Notes: a model not told the origin generated them from the sequence alone. A stretch of 64,000 bases of DNA from Candidatus Poribacteria bacterium (GCA_965198235.1 OZ240248.1:672001-736000), one strand, 5' to 3'. Positions 41,138-52,022 are shown, counted from the stretch's first letter. Program-made: numbers and translations.

Positions 41138-42324
41138 CCTTCCCCTGAAACTTCAATAGCGATAAGTGTTAGATCGTCGTCCTTTGGGCAGTTATTGGTG
41201 AAGGTATCAACAGCCTCCGAGACGCTGGTGATGAGTCCTGCTGCAGATTTTTTTCCGTATGTACATACTAATTCTTGGAGGCGATCTACCGTAAATTCCT
41301 CACCTTGTGGGTTTTTGGCTTCGTAAACACCATCGGTATAAAGGAATATTCTGCTTGACTGATCGAATGGATAACGTATCGTTTCATAAACCGAATCTCG
41401 CCAAATGCCTAACCCATTTCCTGTGTGTTGATCGCCAATGGCTTGGTATGTCTGTTGATGCGTATTGTACAAAAGTGGGAATGAATGTCCGGCGTTTGCA
41501 CAGATAAGTTCGCCTTTATCAAGGTCAATGATACCGCAAAAGGCTGTTGCAAACATGAACAGTCGTGAACTAATCAAATCATTAAAACGGGTGTTTAGTA
41601 TTTCAAGCAGATACCCTGGATTATCTTCAACTTGTTGCTGGAATTCCGCCAAAATTGTTTTAATGAAGACTGTTACGAAAGCTGCTGAAACGCCATGTCC
41701 CATAACATCAGAAATAAAAACACCGAGTCGATTCGGTGCAATTTCCCAGACATCAAAAAAATCCCCACCGACCACCATTTCAGGACGACAGTGTGAAGCA
41801 ATTCGAAATCCCGATAATTCCTGCACACCATCCTGAGGAATCAGAATTTCCTGAATGCTTCGTGCCATTTGGAGTTCTTCTTGCAAGCGGGTGTTATATT
41901 CTGCGAGTGTATCTTGATAGCGTTTGATTCGCAAAAGTGAACGAACCCGGGCGAGTACCTCTAAACTATCGAAAGGCTTCTCAATAAAATCATCGGCACC
42001 TGCTTCAATGGACTTAATTCGATTTTCGCGGGTGTCCCGTAGAGCGGTTATCATCACAATTGGAATGAATTCGGTAACCTCGTTCGATCGGATTCGTTTG
42101 ACAACTTCAAACCCATCCATTCTCGGCATGTTGATGTCCAACAAGATGAGATCTGGCATTTCTTTTTCGACGGTATCAAGTGCCTCAAGTCCATCTGCGG
42201 CTGTGTAGACTGTATATCCTCGTGCGTTGAGTTGAATTTGGAGAATTCTGACATTTTTGGGTTCATCATCAACAACAAGGATTTTTGCACCTTCCTGCTG
42301 TTCGGAAATCACTTCCTCGTTCAT
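41134..42324 (-). CDS. Response regulator fused to a SpoIIE/PP2C phosphatase (RsbU/RsbP-like)
   Basis: REC domain plus GGDFFD, DVMGHG, NAGH, YTDGV and DDLT motifs. Confidence 0.93.
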   Translation of the reverse strand: MNEEVISEQQEGAKILVVDDEPKNVRILQIQLNARGYTVYTAADGLEALDTVEKEMPDLILLDINMPRMDGFEVVKRIRSNEVTEFIPIVMITALRDTRENRIKSIEAGADDFIEKPFDSLEVLARVRSLLRIKRYQDTLAEYNTRLQEELQMARSIQEILIPQDGVQELSGFRIASHCRPEMVVGGDFFDVWEIAPNRLGVFISDVMGHGVSAAFVTVFIKTILAEFQQQVEDNPGYLLEILNTRFNDLISSRLFMFATAFCGIIDLDKGELICANAGHSFPLLYNTHQQTYQAIGDQHTGNGLGIWRDSVYETIRYPFDQSSRIFLYTDGVYEAKNPQGEEFTVDRLQELVCTYGKKSAAGLITSVSEAVDTFTNNCPKDDDLTLIAIEVSGEG

Positions 42325-42758
42325 GTTTCTGTCCTCTTGATGTGAGTCTCTACACGTTCTACCAAAACCTTGATGTCGATAGGCTTACTGAGATAATCAT
42401 CGCATCCAGCTTTGAGGATGCGTTCCCTGTCCCCAGACATCGCTGCGGCTGTCAGGGCAATAATAGGTATATCTACCCACGCAAGATTCGCTTTAATCCG
42501 TCTTGTTAAATCCTCGCCGCTTTGCCCCGGTAAGGCAATATCCATGAGAATGAGTTGTGGTATTGCGTCTTCCAAGCTTGCGAGTGCTTCCGTAGCATCA
42601 GTCGCTTCCATGACCGTATACCCCTTTGATTGCAGGACAATTCGCACAACTTTGCGGTTCAACTCTTGGTCTTCAATCACCAAGATCCGCTTTTGCGTTT
42701 CTGTTTGTTTTTCGGCTGGGGGTGGGTTTTCAGTTTTCACAGGTTGCCTTCTATTCAA
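42321..42758 (-). CDS. Single-domain response regulator (DivK-like)
   Basis: ILVIED, LMDIALP, ALTAAAMSGD and KP motifs. Confidence 0.92.
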   Translation of the reverse strand: MNRRQPVKTENPPPAEKQTETQKRILVIEDQELNRKVVRIVLQSKGYTVMEATDATEALASLEDAIPQLILMDIALPGQSGEDLTRRIKANLAWVDIPIIALTAAAMSGDRERILKAGCDDYLSKPIDIKVLVERVETHIKRTET

Positions 42759-42820
42759 GCCAGTAGTTATGAAATGAACCGAAGTTGTGGAGCCAAATCT
42801 CCTGCCTCGTTTGTCCTATG

Positions 42821-44377
42821 TCACTTTACCAGACCTATGTTGGATTCACGCTTTAATTGGTGAAGGGGGATTCTCAGAGCGAAACTACTCCCTTCTCCTT
42901 CTTGGCTTGTCACGCTAATCTCGCCACCGTGCAACATGATAAGCCTGTGTGTTAAGGCTAAACCGAGACCTGTTCCACCGTACCGCCGAGATTTTGACGT
43001 ATCGATCTGTGTAAACGGGGCGAAGAGTTTCGCCTGATCTGTTTCGGCAATACCTATACCTGTATCACTAACTTCGGCCCGCAGTTCTGTCGTTCCAACT
43101 TCCAGTTGTGTTGCTACTTTACCGCCTTCTGGGGTGAATTTCACTGCATTGGAGAGTAGGTTATAGAAAATCTGCTTGAATTTAACTCGGTCAGCTTCAA
43201 TCATACCATTCTGGTTGTAGTTCAAGGTAAGGTCCAGATCTTTCTTTACAGCGAGTGCGGTGATAATAGCGTTGACTTCCTCGACTGCTTCAACAATAGA
43301 GAACATCTCTAATTGTAGTGCCATTTTTCCGGCTTCGATTTTTGAAAGGTCAAGGATGTCATTGATCATTTCGAGCAGATGTTCGCCGCTAATGTGAATA
43401 TCATTGATGCATTCCTTTTGCTCGGCGTTAATGCTTCCGACGAGTTCATCCCGCAGGATTTCGGCGAATCCGATAATCGCATTCAAAGGTGTGCGCAGTT
43501 CGTGACTCATGTTTGCGAGGAAATCGCTTTTTGCACGGCTCGCGTACTCAACCGCTTGTTGGACGCGATAGTATTCAGTTATGTCTCGTGAAATACCACA
43601 TGTTCCTACTATGCGTCCTTCTCTATCTCGAATTGGGACTTTTGTCGTTGATACCCATGTATCCTGTTCATTGGGCCAGGTCTCTCTTTCCTGTTTCCCC
43701 TCAATAGGTTTCCCAGATTCAATGACATCTTGCTCGTCCTGATATGCCTGTTGCGCATGTTCACGGGTAAAGAAGTCAAAGTCGGTTTTATGGACCGCCT
43801 CTACGGGATTTTTTAAACCGAACCGATCCGCTAAAGAGCGATTGATTCGTATAAATCTACTCTCTGTATCTTTGAAATAGATATGGTCAGGGGTATTTTC
43901 CATCAGAGTATGCAACAGATCTGCTTCTCGAACATGCTTTGCCGCCAATTGCTGGAATCGAGTTTCACTCTCTTTCAACCTCGCTTCTAACTGCTTTTGC
44001 GCCGTTATATCTGTTGCGACGACGTAACAGAGTTGTTTTTCATCACCTTTTGTTGCGCGCCATCTTAGCCACCTGTAAGACGCGTCTTTGCACCGAAATC
44101 GGTTTTCAAAGGGTCTTTCGCGTTTTCCTGTTTTCACCTTTTCGATCTCGGTAAGCATTTCCTCCCGATCCTCTGGATGTATGAACGCGGACCATTCGGA
44201 GTTTTGAAGCTCCAATTGTGTGAATCCGAGCATTTCTTCCCATACCGAGTTGAGAGCGACGAAGCTGCCGTCACAACGGATATACCCGAACATATCCGTG
44301 GAAATCTCTAAGAAGCAGTTTGGTTCAATGATTTCATCCATTAATATGTGCTTGAAAGTTGCGTCTTTAAGCTTCAT
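42821..44377 (-). CDS. PAS-PAS sensor histidine kinase
   Basis: Two PAS domains; MSHELRTPLN, NLLSNAVKFT and GTGLGL motifs; GGAGG SD before ATG 44377. Confidence 0.93.
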   Translation of the reverse strand: MKLKDATFKHILMDEIIEPNCFLEISTDMFGYIRCDGSFVALNSVWEEMLGFTQLELQNSEWSAFIHPEDREEMLTEIEKVKTGKRERPFENRFRCKDASYRWLRWRATKGDEKQLCYVVATDITAQKQLEARLKESETRFQQLAAKHVREADLLHTLMENTPDHIYFKDTESRFIRINRSLADRFGLKNPVEAVHKTDFDFFTREHAQQAYQDEQDVIESGKPIEGKQERETWPNEQDTWVSTTKVPIRDREGRIVGTCGISRDITEYYRVQQAVEYASRAKSDFLANMSHELRTPLNAIIGFAEILRDELVGSINAEQKECINDIHISGEHLLEMINDILDLSKIEAGKMALQLEMFSIVEAVEEVNAIITALAVKKDLDLTLNYNQNGMIEADRVKFKQIFYNLLSNAVKFTPEGGKVATQLEVGTTELRAEVSDTGIGIAETDQAKLFAPFTQIDTSKSRRYGGTGLGLALTHRLIMLHGGEISVTSQEGEGSSFALRIPLHQLKRESNIGLVK

Positions 44378-44427
44378 GTTTACCTCCACAAAATGCGAGG
44401 TAATAGCACCTCGTGAGTCACGTGAAT

Positions 44428-45189
44428 CTATGTTGTGACGAGGACTGCGCGGTTTGCCAGTTTCACAACAGTTTGCGTAGTGCTTTGGAAAACAAGCTCG
44501 TACAATCTCCCATGATGACTCGCGCTCAGTGCAATGAGGTCGCAATCATTTTCCTCTGCGTTTTCCAGGATGTTTGTTACCGTAAAGCCACGAGCAGTCA
44601 GGAAGTCAGTTTGAACGTCATAATATTTCAAATACGCTTCCATCTGCTGCTTGATCTGGGCTGCCTCCGGTTGCGTGCTTGAAAGAGCAAGCCCTAAAAT
44701 TCCAGCTTTTGTTAACTCCCCGATTTCGGCGACGAGCCCTAAGGCATGATCAGAATAGCCATCCCCATGATGTACAGCGAGAATTTTCCGCAACAGTGTG
44801 CATTGTTCGTGCACCACAATAATAGGTCTCGTGATATGGAGCAGCACATCGTCGATTTGGCTTTGGATAAGTTTTAGACGACGCTTTCTTATATCTTCAG
44901 GAAGCCCAACAACAACGAGGTCAGCGGAATGGGCTTTTTCGCAGATCATCTGTCTCGGATTGCCAGCGACAGCCTCAACGTGGTAATCCAAGAAATCGTA
45001 GAGCGAGCACTCCGCCTCCGTTCGACGTATGACGGTCGCTGCGACATCAGCGTTTCCACCGTGCTGGCTGTCTTGAAAGAAAACACATGATAAGTGTGTT
45101 CCCAGAAGCACTGCCAGTTGTCCAGCGTACTCAAAGGCATTTTTCTCGTAATCCGTATCGCCGATGGCAACGAGGATATTTTTTATCAT
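44428..45189 (-). CDS. Tandem universal stress protein
   Basis: IKNILVA..., ADLVVVG, second USP domain CDLIAL...STTQTVV. Confidence 0.85.
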   Translation of the reverse strand: MIKNILVAIGDTDYEKNAFEYAGQLAVLLGTHLSCVFFQDSQHGGNADVAATVIRRTEAECSLYDFLDYHVEAVAGNPRQMICEKAHSADLVVVGLPEDIRKRRLKLIQSQIDDVLLHITRPIIVVHEQCTLLRKILAVHHGDGYSDHALGLVAEIGELTKAGILGLALSSTQPEAAQIKQQMEAYLKYYDVQTDFLTARGFTVTNILENAEENDCDLIALSASHHGRLYELVFQSTTQTVVKLANRAVLVTT

Positions 45190-45291
45190 GAGACATCCCC
45201 TTATAGATGCGAGGCAGTAGGGCTTTACTCACAAGTTTCCGACGTTAGCAAGGCACCTCTCGCTACAATAAAACTAAGATTAGCCTGAATC

Positions 45292-45645
45292 TCACTCGGG
45301 GTGCTGCAGCAAGGCAGCAACGGCATCATCTTCGCTTTCAAAGTTTTTAAAGACGGTGATTAACCGCGCCATGACAATGAGGTTCTTGACATGTTTGTTC
45401 ACATTAATCACTGCTATTTTCCCCCCGCGTGGGTAAATCTTAGTATAGATTTTCATAAGCATGCCAAGCCCAGAACTATCCATTCCAGTTACTTCTTTGA
45501 AGTCAAACACCAGTCTCGGGGGTGAGGAGTGCACTGCAAGTGCCTCCTCTACGGTTTCCGAAACCTCTTTGATCCCCGGGGTGATAATTCTGCCGCTCAG
45601 TCTGAAAATAACGACCCCTTCTTTCTCAGACACGGTGATTGCCAT
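45292..45645 (-). CDS. STAS anti-sigma factor antagonist
   Basis: GMDSSGLGML. Confidence 0.9.
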   Translation of the reverse strand: MAITVSEKEGVVIFRLSGRIITPGIKEVSETVEEALAVHSSPPRLVFDFKEVTGMDSSGLGMLMKIYTKIYPRGGKIAVINVNKHVKNLIVMARLITVFKNFESEDDAVAALLQHPE

Positions 45646-45715
45646 AGTGTACGTACTCCTAATGCTACTGCGCGTTTAGGTTATGGGTGGACTTTCCCAA
45701 TCACGGCACTTAACT

Positions 45716-46057
45716 TTAACTTGACAGTGCCGAAACTGCAGCATCCTCGGTCTCGAAATGTTCAAAGATACTGACGAGCCGACTGCGGACAATCAGATTT
45801 TTGATATTTCTTCCGACGTTGATGACACCGATACGCCCCTTCTTTCGCGTTGCGGCGACATGTGCCCCCATCAGCGTGCCGAGACCTGAACTATCCATCA
45901 TGTTGACCCGATCGAAATTAATGAGAATACGTGGCTCATCGGAGGCATCAATCTGTGAAGTGATTGCCTCTCGTAATTCCGATACTGAGGCACCCATTAT
46001 TTTTCCACTCGGTTCTAAGATTGCAACACCATCTTTCTGGCGAATCGTGGTTGCCAT
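45716..46057 (-). CDS. STAS anti-sigma factor antagonist
   Basis: MMDSSGLGTL; AAGGAG SD; promoter TTGACA-N17-TAGAAT at 46110-46138 (-). Confidence 0.9.
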   Translation of the reverse strand: MATTIRQKDGVAILEPSGKIMGASVSELREAITSQIDASDEPRILINFDRVNMMDSSGLGTLMGAHVAATRKKGRIGVINVGRNIKNLIVRSRLVSIFEHFETEDAAVSALSS

Positions 46058-46392
46058 GATTGTCTCCTTTTTTATTTCATGGAAAACTGAATTTCGATTC
46101 ATACCTCTAATTCTACACTATTTGAAAATATTTGTCAACCCGCAATTTGGGTATCTCTTTGATTTTGTCAAATCTTGCCAAAAAGGGTTTGCTCTTTTCA
46201 ATTTTACAACCTTTTTAAAGTAAGGATAGCCGTTCAACTGTGCAGAAAACTACTCACTACCGGTCTATGTTCTTTTATTTTTATGGCAGAAAATTCGGAC
46301 TCAATAATCCTGAAATCAATCGGATTTTGTTTGTTTTTAACACTGAAATAGGGTATAATGTTGACGGATTTCTATTAGGAGAAAGGAAAGCA

Positions 46393-47142
46393 ATGTACGA
46401 ACCGAACCGTATACGAATTAAGGATCTCCCCGAGGATGAACGTCCCCGTGAAAGACTCCGAAAACATGGACCGGAGAGCCTGAGGGATTCTGACCTCTTG
46501 GCTATCATTCTCAAAAGTGGTACCAAAGGGACAACCGCTGTCCAACTTGGTGAACAGATCCTTATGGCTTTTGACGGTGATTTGAAACGGATGGCTGACA
46601 ACAAGTCCAAGCAATTTGAGAAGATTAGAGGAATTGGTGAGGCAAAAGCAGCGCAGATCGTTGCGGCGTTTGAACTCGGAAAACGATTAGCACGTTTCCA
46701 CGCCGATCGCGATAAAATTACATCTCCGGCTGATGTCGCAGATCTGATGATGTCTAAAATGCGGTACCTACAGAAGGAAATCGTTTGTGTCTTGTGCCTT
46801 GATACCAAAGGTGGTGTGACAACTAAAGGTATCGCTGGTAACCTCAGCGACGATTTAACTTGGGGCAAAAAATTATTGTCAGAAGGTACAGTCTTTGAAG
46901 GCACTCTAAACGCCAGTGTTTTTCACCCACGCGAAATTTTCCGATTCGCCATTGAGGAGTCAGCGAATTCAATTATCCTTGTTCACAATCATCCATCGGG
47001 AGATCCTCAGCCGAGCCAAGAGGACATTCGGGCAACAAAACAGCTGATTGAGGCTGGAAATCAAGTTGGGATAAAAGTGTTGGATCACATCATCATCGGC
47101 GATGGGATTTTTGTTAGCCTGAAGGAAGAAAACTTCATTTGA
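46393..47142 (+). CDS. radC: RadC/JAB-domain protein
   Basis: ERPRERL, GIGEAKA, HPREIF, HNHPSGDPQPSQED and LDHIIIG motifs. Confidence 0.95.
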   Translation: MYEPNRIRIKDLPEDERPRERLRKHGPESLRDSDLLAIILKSGTKGTTAVQLGEQILMAFDGDLKRMADNKSKQFEKIRGIGEAKAAQIVAAFELGKRLARFHADRDKITSPADVADLMMSKMRYLQKEIVCVLCLDTKGGVTTKGIAGNLSDDLTWGKKLLSEGTVFEGTLNASVFHPREIFRFAIEESANSIILVHNHPSGDPQPSQEDIRATKQLIEAGNQVGIKVLDHIIIGDGIFVSLKEENFI

Positions 47143-47153
47143 AGTATGCCGAT

Positions 47154-47894
47154 TCATTTCACATCGCGTTGTCGAATTACCTCGTAGAACAGAACACCCG
47201 CGGCAACTGAAACGTTAAGGGAGTCAATTTTGCCTAACATCGGCAGGTGAACAAGATAATCACATTTCTGTTTGACGAGTCGTCGGAGGCCTTTACCTTC
47301 ACTTCCCAAGGCGAGACACAATGGCACACTAAAGTCAGCATCTGTGTACAGACAAGATGCATTCTCAGCGGCACCGGCAACCCAGATTCCTCTGTTTTTA
47401 AGCGTGTCTATGGTATGTGCAATGTTTGTCACTTTGACGATGGGCACATATGTGGAAGCACCAGCTGATGCTTTGTGGACAGCCGCTGTGATGCCGACAG
47501 CACGATTTTTTGGAATGATAACAGCATCGGCATTCACAGCCTCAGCAGTACGGAGAATCGCCCCAAGGTTTCTTGGGTCTTGAATGTTATCTAATATAAT
47601 TAACAGCGCGTTGTGCTCGCTGCGTTCTATTTTCGCGAGTATTGATGACAGATCGTTGTAACGCGCTGGACTGACAAGGGCGATAACACCTTGGTGTGGT
47701 ACAGATGGCTCAAGCCTATCCAGTTCGCGTCGTGTACAGTGTTTTATAGGGACACCCGCCTTTTCTGCCATTGTGACGATATGTTGGATGCGCGAGTGGG
47801 TATTCCCCTCGGCAATCCAGATTTTTTTTATGGCTTGAGTCCCGCGCTGTAGATGCTCTATAACTGGATTTCTACCAACAATGTATTCGGACAT
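47154..47894 (-). CDS. rlmB: 23S rRNA Gm2251 methyltransferase
   Basis: GRNPV, HQGV, DPRNLGAILR, GSEGKG and SLNVSVA motifs. Confidence 0.93.
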   Translation of the reverse strand: MSEYIVGRNPVIEHLQRGTQAIKKIWIAEGNTHSRIQHIVTMAEKAGVPIKHCTRRELDRLEPSVPHQGVIALVSPARYNDLSSILAKIERSEHNALLIILDNIQDPRNLGAILRTAEAVNADAVIIPKNRAVGITAAVHKASAGASTYVPIVKVTNIAHTIDTLKNRGIWVAGAAENASCLYTDADFSVPLCLALGSEGKGLRRLVKQKCDYLVHLPMLGKIDSLNVSVAAGVLFYEVIRQRDVK

Positions 47895-47933
47895 ATCAAA
47901 GTGTAGGCGAATACGGGTATCAGCCCTCACAGA

Positions 47934-48173
47934 TTAGTCACCACGAGCGAATTTAACATCTGGTCCGCGCGGTTCAATATTAATATCTGGATCTGCAGTT
48001 TGGCATTTAACGCAGGTAATATCACCGACGTTTGCGTTTTCCATGCGCGGAGCAAGTGTTCCCAGCTTAAACACAAACCCTAAAACGTCATTCGCTGGGA
48101 TTTGCTCATCACATGAATCGCAAGGAATCGCCTCTCCTGATTTGGCTTTTGCTAAAAGTTCTGATGCTTTCAT
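47934..48173 (-). CDS. Small Zn-ribbon-like hypothetical protein
   Basis: CDSC...CVKC; fills the iolD-rlmB gap. Confidence 0.65.
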   Translation of the reverse strand: MKASELLAKAKSGEAIPCDSCDEQIPANDVLGFVFKLGTLAPRMENANVGDITCVKCQTADPDINIEPRGPDVKFARGD

Positions 48174-48204
48174 GGTCTTTCCTTCGTTCACATCCATTAA
48201 ATTG

Positions 48205-50070
48205 CTACAGGAAGTATCGCTCCTTTTGCTTATCCGATTCGTACGCTTCGTACGCCTTTTGCGCCGTGTCTACTTCGGAGACTTGCGCGATAGGAACATC
48301 CCACCACGATTCGTAGCGCGGAACCTGTTGGTCGTAGTCTACATCAATCTTCACGACGGTTGTGTGCGCTGCTTCGCGTGCCTCATGCAGGGCGGCTTTT
48401 AGGCTTTGCAAGGTTGTCGCTTCAATTACCTTGGCACCAAGACTGGCGGCATTCGCGGCGAGATCCACTGGTAAAAAGTCGCCTTCAAGTTCACCAGTTT
48501 CTTCGTCGCGGTAGCGGAAGCGGGTAGCGAAGCCTTGCGCGCCGGTTGCCCGAGACAATCCACCGATGCTACTATGTCCCTCATTATTCACAAGCACGAT
48601 AATAAGTTTAAAACCTTCCTGAATTGATGTGATGATTTCCTGTGCCAGCATTAAGTACGAACCATCACCTACCATGACGTAGACATCGCGGTTCGGATCC
48701 GCCATTTTTATGCCTAATCCACCAGCGATTTCGTAGCCCATACACGAGTATCCATACTCTAAGTGGTACTGTTTTGGGTTGCGGGTACGCCATAACTTGT
48801 GCAAGTCCCCAGGAAGGCTCCCTGCGGCGGAAATCATGACATCCTCAGGACGCGAGAATTCGTTAACCACACCAATGACCTCACTTTGGCTCGGTATAGG
48901 ACCGTGCCCAAGGTGGTAAAGCCGATCCACTTCTTCCTCCCATTCGTCGCGATAGTTCTTGATTTGTGTGGCATAGGCGGTGTCAACGTGATAGTTCCCC
49001 ACAGCAGTAGCGAGTTCTTCAAGTGTGACGCGCGCATCCGCGACAAGCGGTAAGGCGGCATGTTTAAAGGCATCGAATTCAGCAACATTAATGTTGATGA
49101 AACGGACGTTGGGGTTTTGGAAAGCAGTCTTGGAAGCAGTCGTGAAATCGCTCAAGCGCGTGCCGATGGCAATCACCAAATCTGCCTCCCGGGCAGTGAT
49201 ATTTGCCCCTGGTGTTCCAGTCGCGCCTATTGCTCCAAGATTCTGCGGATGGTTGTAGGGCAGTGAACCTTTTCCGGCGAAAGTTTCACCGACAGGAATA
49301 CCGGTTTGCTTTGCAAATTGAGCGAGTTGCGCCGTGGCTTCGCTGTAGATAACACCACCACCGGCGATAATTAAAGGAGATTTACTCTCGCGAATCCATG
49401 ACGTTGCGCGATTAAGAAGGCTTACATCAGCACGGGGTCGAGATATGGTATAAACACGTTTCTCAAACAGTTGTGAAGGATAATCATACGCCTCAGCTTG
49501 AACGTCTTGTGGAAGTGCTAAGGTTACTGTCCCCGTATCAGCCTGCGATGTCAGCACCCGCATTGCCTCTGGTAAGGCAGTAATTATCTGTTCTGGACGA
49601 TTAATCCGATCCCAATAACGTGAAATCGGTTTGAAACAATCGTTCACTGAATAATCTTGTGAACTGGAGGACTCCAGCTGTTGTAAAACTGGGGCGACTA
49701 AGCGTGTGGAGAAAATGTCTCCCGGTAGTAAGAGTACCGGCAGTCGGTTAATCGTTGCTCCCGCAGCACCTGTAACCATGTTTGTTGCCCCCGGTCCAAT
49801 GGATGTCGTGCAAGCAAAGGTTCGTAGGCGATTGTTCATTTTGGTAAATGCAGCGGCGGTGTGCACCATCGATTGTTCGTTCCGAGTCTGGTAGAAACGG
49901 AAGGAATCGGAGTACTGATGCAACGCTTGCCCGATACCAGCAACGTTTCCGTGACCGAAGATTCCGAACATACCGGCAAAAAATTGGGTTTCGTTCCCAT
50001 CTCGTTCAACATATTGTTGTCGAAGAAATTGAACGATGGCTTGTCCCATCGTGAGTGTTTGTGTTTTCAT
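48205..50070 (-). CDS. iolD: 3D-(3,5/4)-trihydroxycyclohexane-1,2-dione hydrolase
   Basis: IFGHGNVAG, TTSIGPGATN, EYGYSCMGYE, GDGSY and SWWDVP motifs. Confidence 0.95.
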   Translation of the reverse strand: MKTQTLTMGQAIVQFLRQQYVERDGNETQFFAGMFGIFGHGNVAGIGQALHQYSDSFRFYQTRNEQSMVHTAAAFTKMNNRLRTFACTTSIGPGATNMVTGAAGATINRLPVLLLPGDIFSTRLVAPVLQQLESSSSQDYSVNDCFKPISRYWDRINRPEQIITALPEAMRVLTSQADTGTVTLALPQDVQAEAYDYPSQLFEKRVYTISRPRADVSLLNRATSWIRESKSPLIIAGGGVIYSEATAQLAQFAKQTGIPVGETFAGKGSLPYNHPQNLGAIGATGTPGANITAREADLVIAIGTRLSDFTTASKTAFQNPNVRFININVAEFDAFKHAALPLVADARVTLEELATAVGNYHVDTAYATQIKNYRDEWEEEVDRLYHLGHGPIPSQSEVIGVVNEFSRPEDVMISAAGSLPGDLHKLWRTRNPKQYHLEYGYSCMGYEIAGGLGIKMADPNRDVYVMVGDGSYLMLAQEIITSIQEGFKLIIVLVNNEGHSSIGGLSRATGAQGFATRFRYRDEETGELEGDFLPVDLAANAASLGAKVIEATTLQSLKAALHEAREAAHTTVVKIDVDYDQQVPRYESWWDVPIAQVSEVDTAQKAYEAYESDKQKERYFL

Positions 50071-50160
50071 GAAGATTATTGCGCATTTTCCGAGAGGAAA
50101 CTGCTGCTCCTTAAATAAAGTGATGTATGGCTGCGGTATGGAACCTAAGCCAAAGTGTGT

Positions 50161-51168
50161 TTACCATCCGCCGCGTTCGGCGACAAATTCATCAACTTCC
50201 GGCATTGTCGGCATAAAGTTAGCACAACCATGCCGTGTTACGACAATTGCACCCGTGGCGTTGCCGAGACGAGCAGATTTTTCCCAACCCCAACCACTGA
50301 GATGACCGTAAATAAAACCGCTCGCGAAAGCATCCCCAGCACCGAGCGTATTGTAAACTTCGACAGGAAACGGCTCCGCGTGAATGATTTCTCCGTTCGT
50401 TAAATGAACATCCGCACCCTCAATCCCACGTTTTACTATCAGCGCATCTGGACCGGCATTTAAAAGCGTCTCAATGGCAAATGCCATATCCCCTTCAATC
50501 GTAGGATTTGAGATTTGAGAGTGTTCAATTGTGAGTTGTGAAAGATTCGTAAGCGTTGCAGCTTTGATTTCTTCCTCTGTCCCGATGGCGATATCAATAT
50601 AACATAAAGCTGACCGCATGACAACACCGAATGCTCTTGGATCATGCCACTGATCTGCCCGGAAATCAAGATCCAAAAAGACGTGTTTGCCGAGGGCTTG
50701 TGCCTGTTCCGCAGCATAGAGTGTTGCGCTGCGACTCGGTTCTTTACTCAAGCCAGTGCCAGATATCAGCACTGCTCGACTTTCAACGATCGGCGCGGCG
50801 AGAACATCGTCAATAGTGAGTTCAATATCCGCACAGTTATCGCGGTAATAGATTAGCGGGAACCGATCTGGCGGCTCAATACCGAGGACGACAGCACTTG
50901 TTCGGTACCCCGGTTTGTGTGGAATAAACTGGATTTCAACGCCTTCATTTTTCAAAAACTTGAGTAAGAACTCTCCAACCGGATCCTCACCGACGGCGGT
51001 GAGGAGTGCAGCTTGAAGCCCAAGCCGCTGGATACCAACGCTGATATTAGTAGGACATCCGCCAACAAAGGCACCAAAACTTTTAATATCTGGAAATGCA
51101 GCACCGATGTCGTTCGCGTAGAGGTCTAAAGAACTCCGTCCGATTGAGAGAATATCGTAAGTTTTCAT
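50161..51168 (-). CDS. iolC: 5-dehydro-2-deoxygluconokinase
   Basis: GRSSLDLY, GGCPTN, FPLIYYR..CAD, DLDFR..W and GAGDAFASG motifs. Confidence 0.92.
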   Translation of the reverse strand: MKTYDILSIGRSSLDLYANDIGAAFPDIKSFGAFVGGCPTNISVGIQRLGLQAALLTAVGEDPVGEFLLKFLKNEGVEIQFIPHKPGYRTSAVVLGIEPPDRFPLIYYRDNCADIELTIDDVLAAPIVESRAVLISGTGLSKEPSRSATLYAAEQAQALGKHVFLDLDFRADQWHDPRAFGVVMRSALCYIDIAIGTEEEIKAATLTNLSQLTIEHSQISNPTIEGDMAFAIETLLNAGPDALIVKRGIEGADVHLTNGEIIHAEPFPVEVYNTLGAGDAFASGFIYGHLSGWGWEKSARLGNATGAIVVTRHGCANFMPTMPEVDEFVAERGGW

Positions 51169-51221
51169 TTTCTTTTCGCAGTGCGTGTACTATTTAAAAA
51201 AATTAAAAATCGGTAAAACCG

Positions 51222-52010
51222 TCATTTATGAGTGTTTGAAGCCTCTACTGCATTTTTGAATTTTTGATGTTCCTCAGCAAATTTACGGGTTAAGAGAAAA
51301 GCATCATTTCCACAGGCAATCAGTTGAACGCCAAGATTTAACCACTGTTCACCGCTCTCAAAGTCGTTGACATAACAGCCTAAAGGGATATTATATGTCT
51401 GTGTGAGGTTAATAATACTTTTTATGGCTTCTAAAAGTAGTGGGTGGCTGAGTTCACCAGAGATACCCATAGAGGTGGATAGGTCATAGGGACCAATAAA
51501 TACAACATCTAACTCGCCGGTGTCGAGAATTTCATTTAGGTTTTCAACGGCTTGAATGGTTTCAATTTGCCCGATGGTGAGGATTTCCTGATTTGCCCTG
51601 TGGACATATTCTCTGGTATTGAGTCTTGTGAAGTCACCATAATCGGTATGTCCAATGCCGAAAGCAACTCCTCGGTCGCCTTCGGGGGCATATTTTGTCC
51701 ATTTTTTAATTTTTTCAATGTCTTCACAGGACTCGACCCGAGGAATCATGACACCGGTCGCACCAGCGTCAAGTACCCGAGAGACAAAATGGCGTTCAAG
51801 TGTGGGGACACGGACAATACAAGAAAGATTCGAACCACGTGCGTTCCGAATTGTCCGCCCAATAGTTTCTATGGAGAAGGAGCTGTGCTCCAAGTCTGCG
51901 ATAATAAAGTCTGCCCCGGCACTTGCGAGAAGTGTCGCAATCGCGGAGCCAGCGAATTCAAGTACAAATGTTCCGACAAGCACTTCTCCGCGCTTCAAAG
52001 CTGCTTTCAC
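51222..52010 (-). CDS. HpcH/HpaI class II aldolase
   Basis: DLEH, RV, QIET and FIGPYDLS motifs. Confidence 0.9.
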   Translation of the reverse strand: MKAALKRGEVLVGTFVLEFAGSAIATLLASAGADFIIADLEHSSFSIETIGRTIRNARGSNLSCIVRVPTLERHFVSRVLDAGATGVMIPRVESCEDIEKIKKWTKYAPEGDRGVAFGIGHTDYGDFTRLNTREYVHRANQEILTIGQIETIQAVENLNEILDTGELDVVFIGPYDLSTSMGISGELSHPLLLEAIKSIINLTQTYNIPLGCYVNDFESGEQWLNLGVQLIACGNDAFLLTRKFAEEHQKFKNAVEASNTHK

Positions 52011-52022
52011 TATGTAGTTCCT

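Noticed and set aside
46393-47142. radC as a marker of an integrative element
   Set aside because: It is the full-length chromosomal type with housekeeping neighbours, and no integrase or att site is present.
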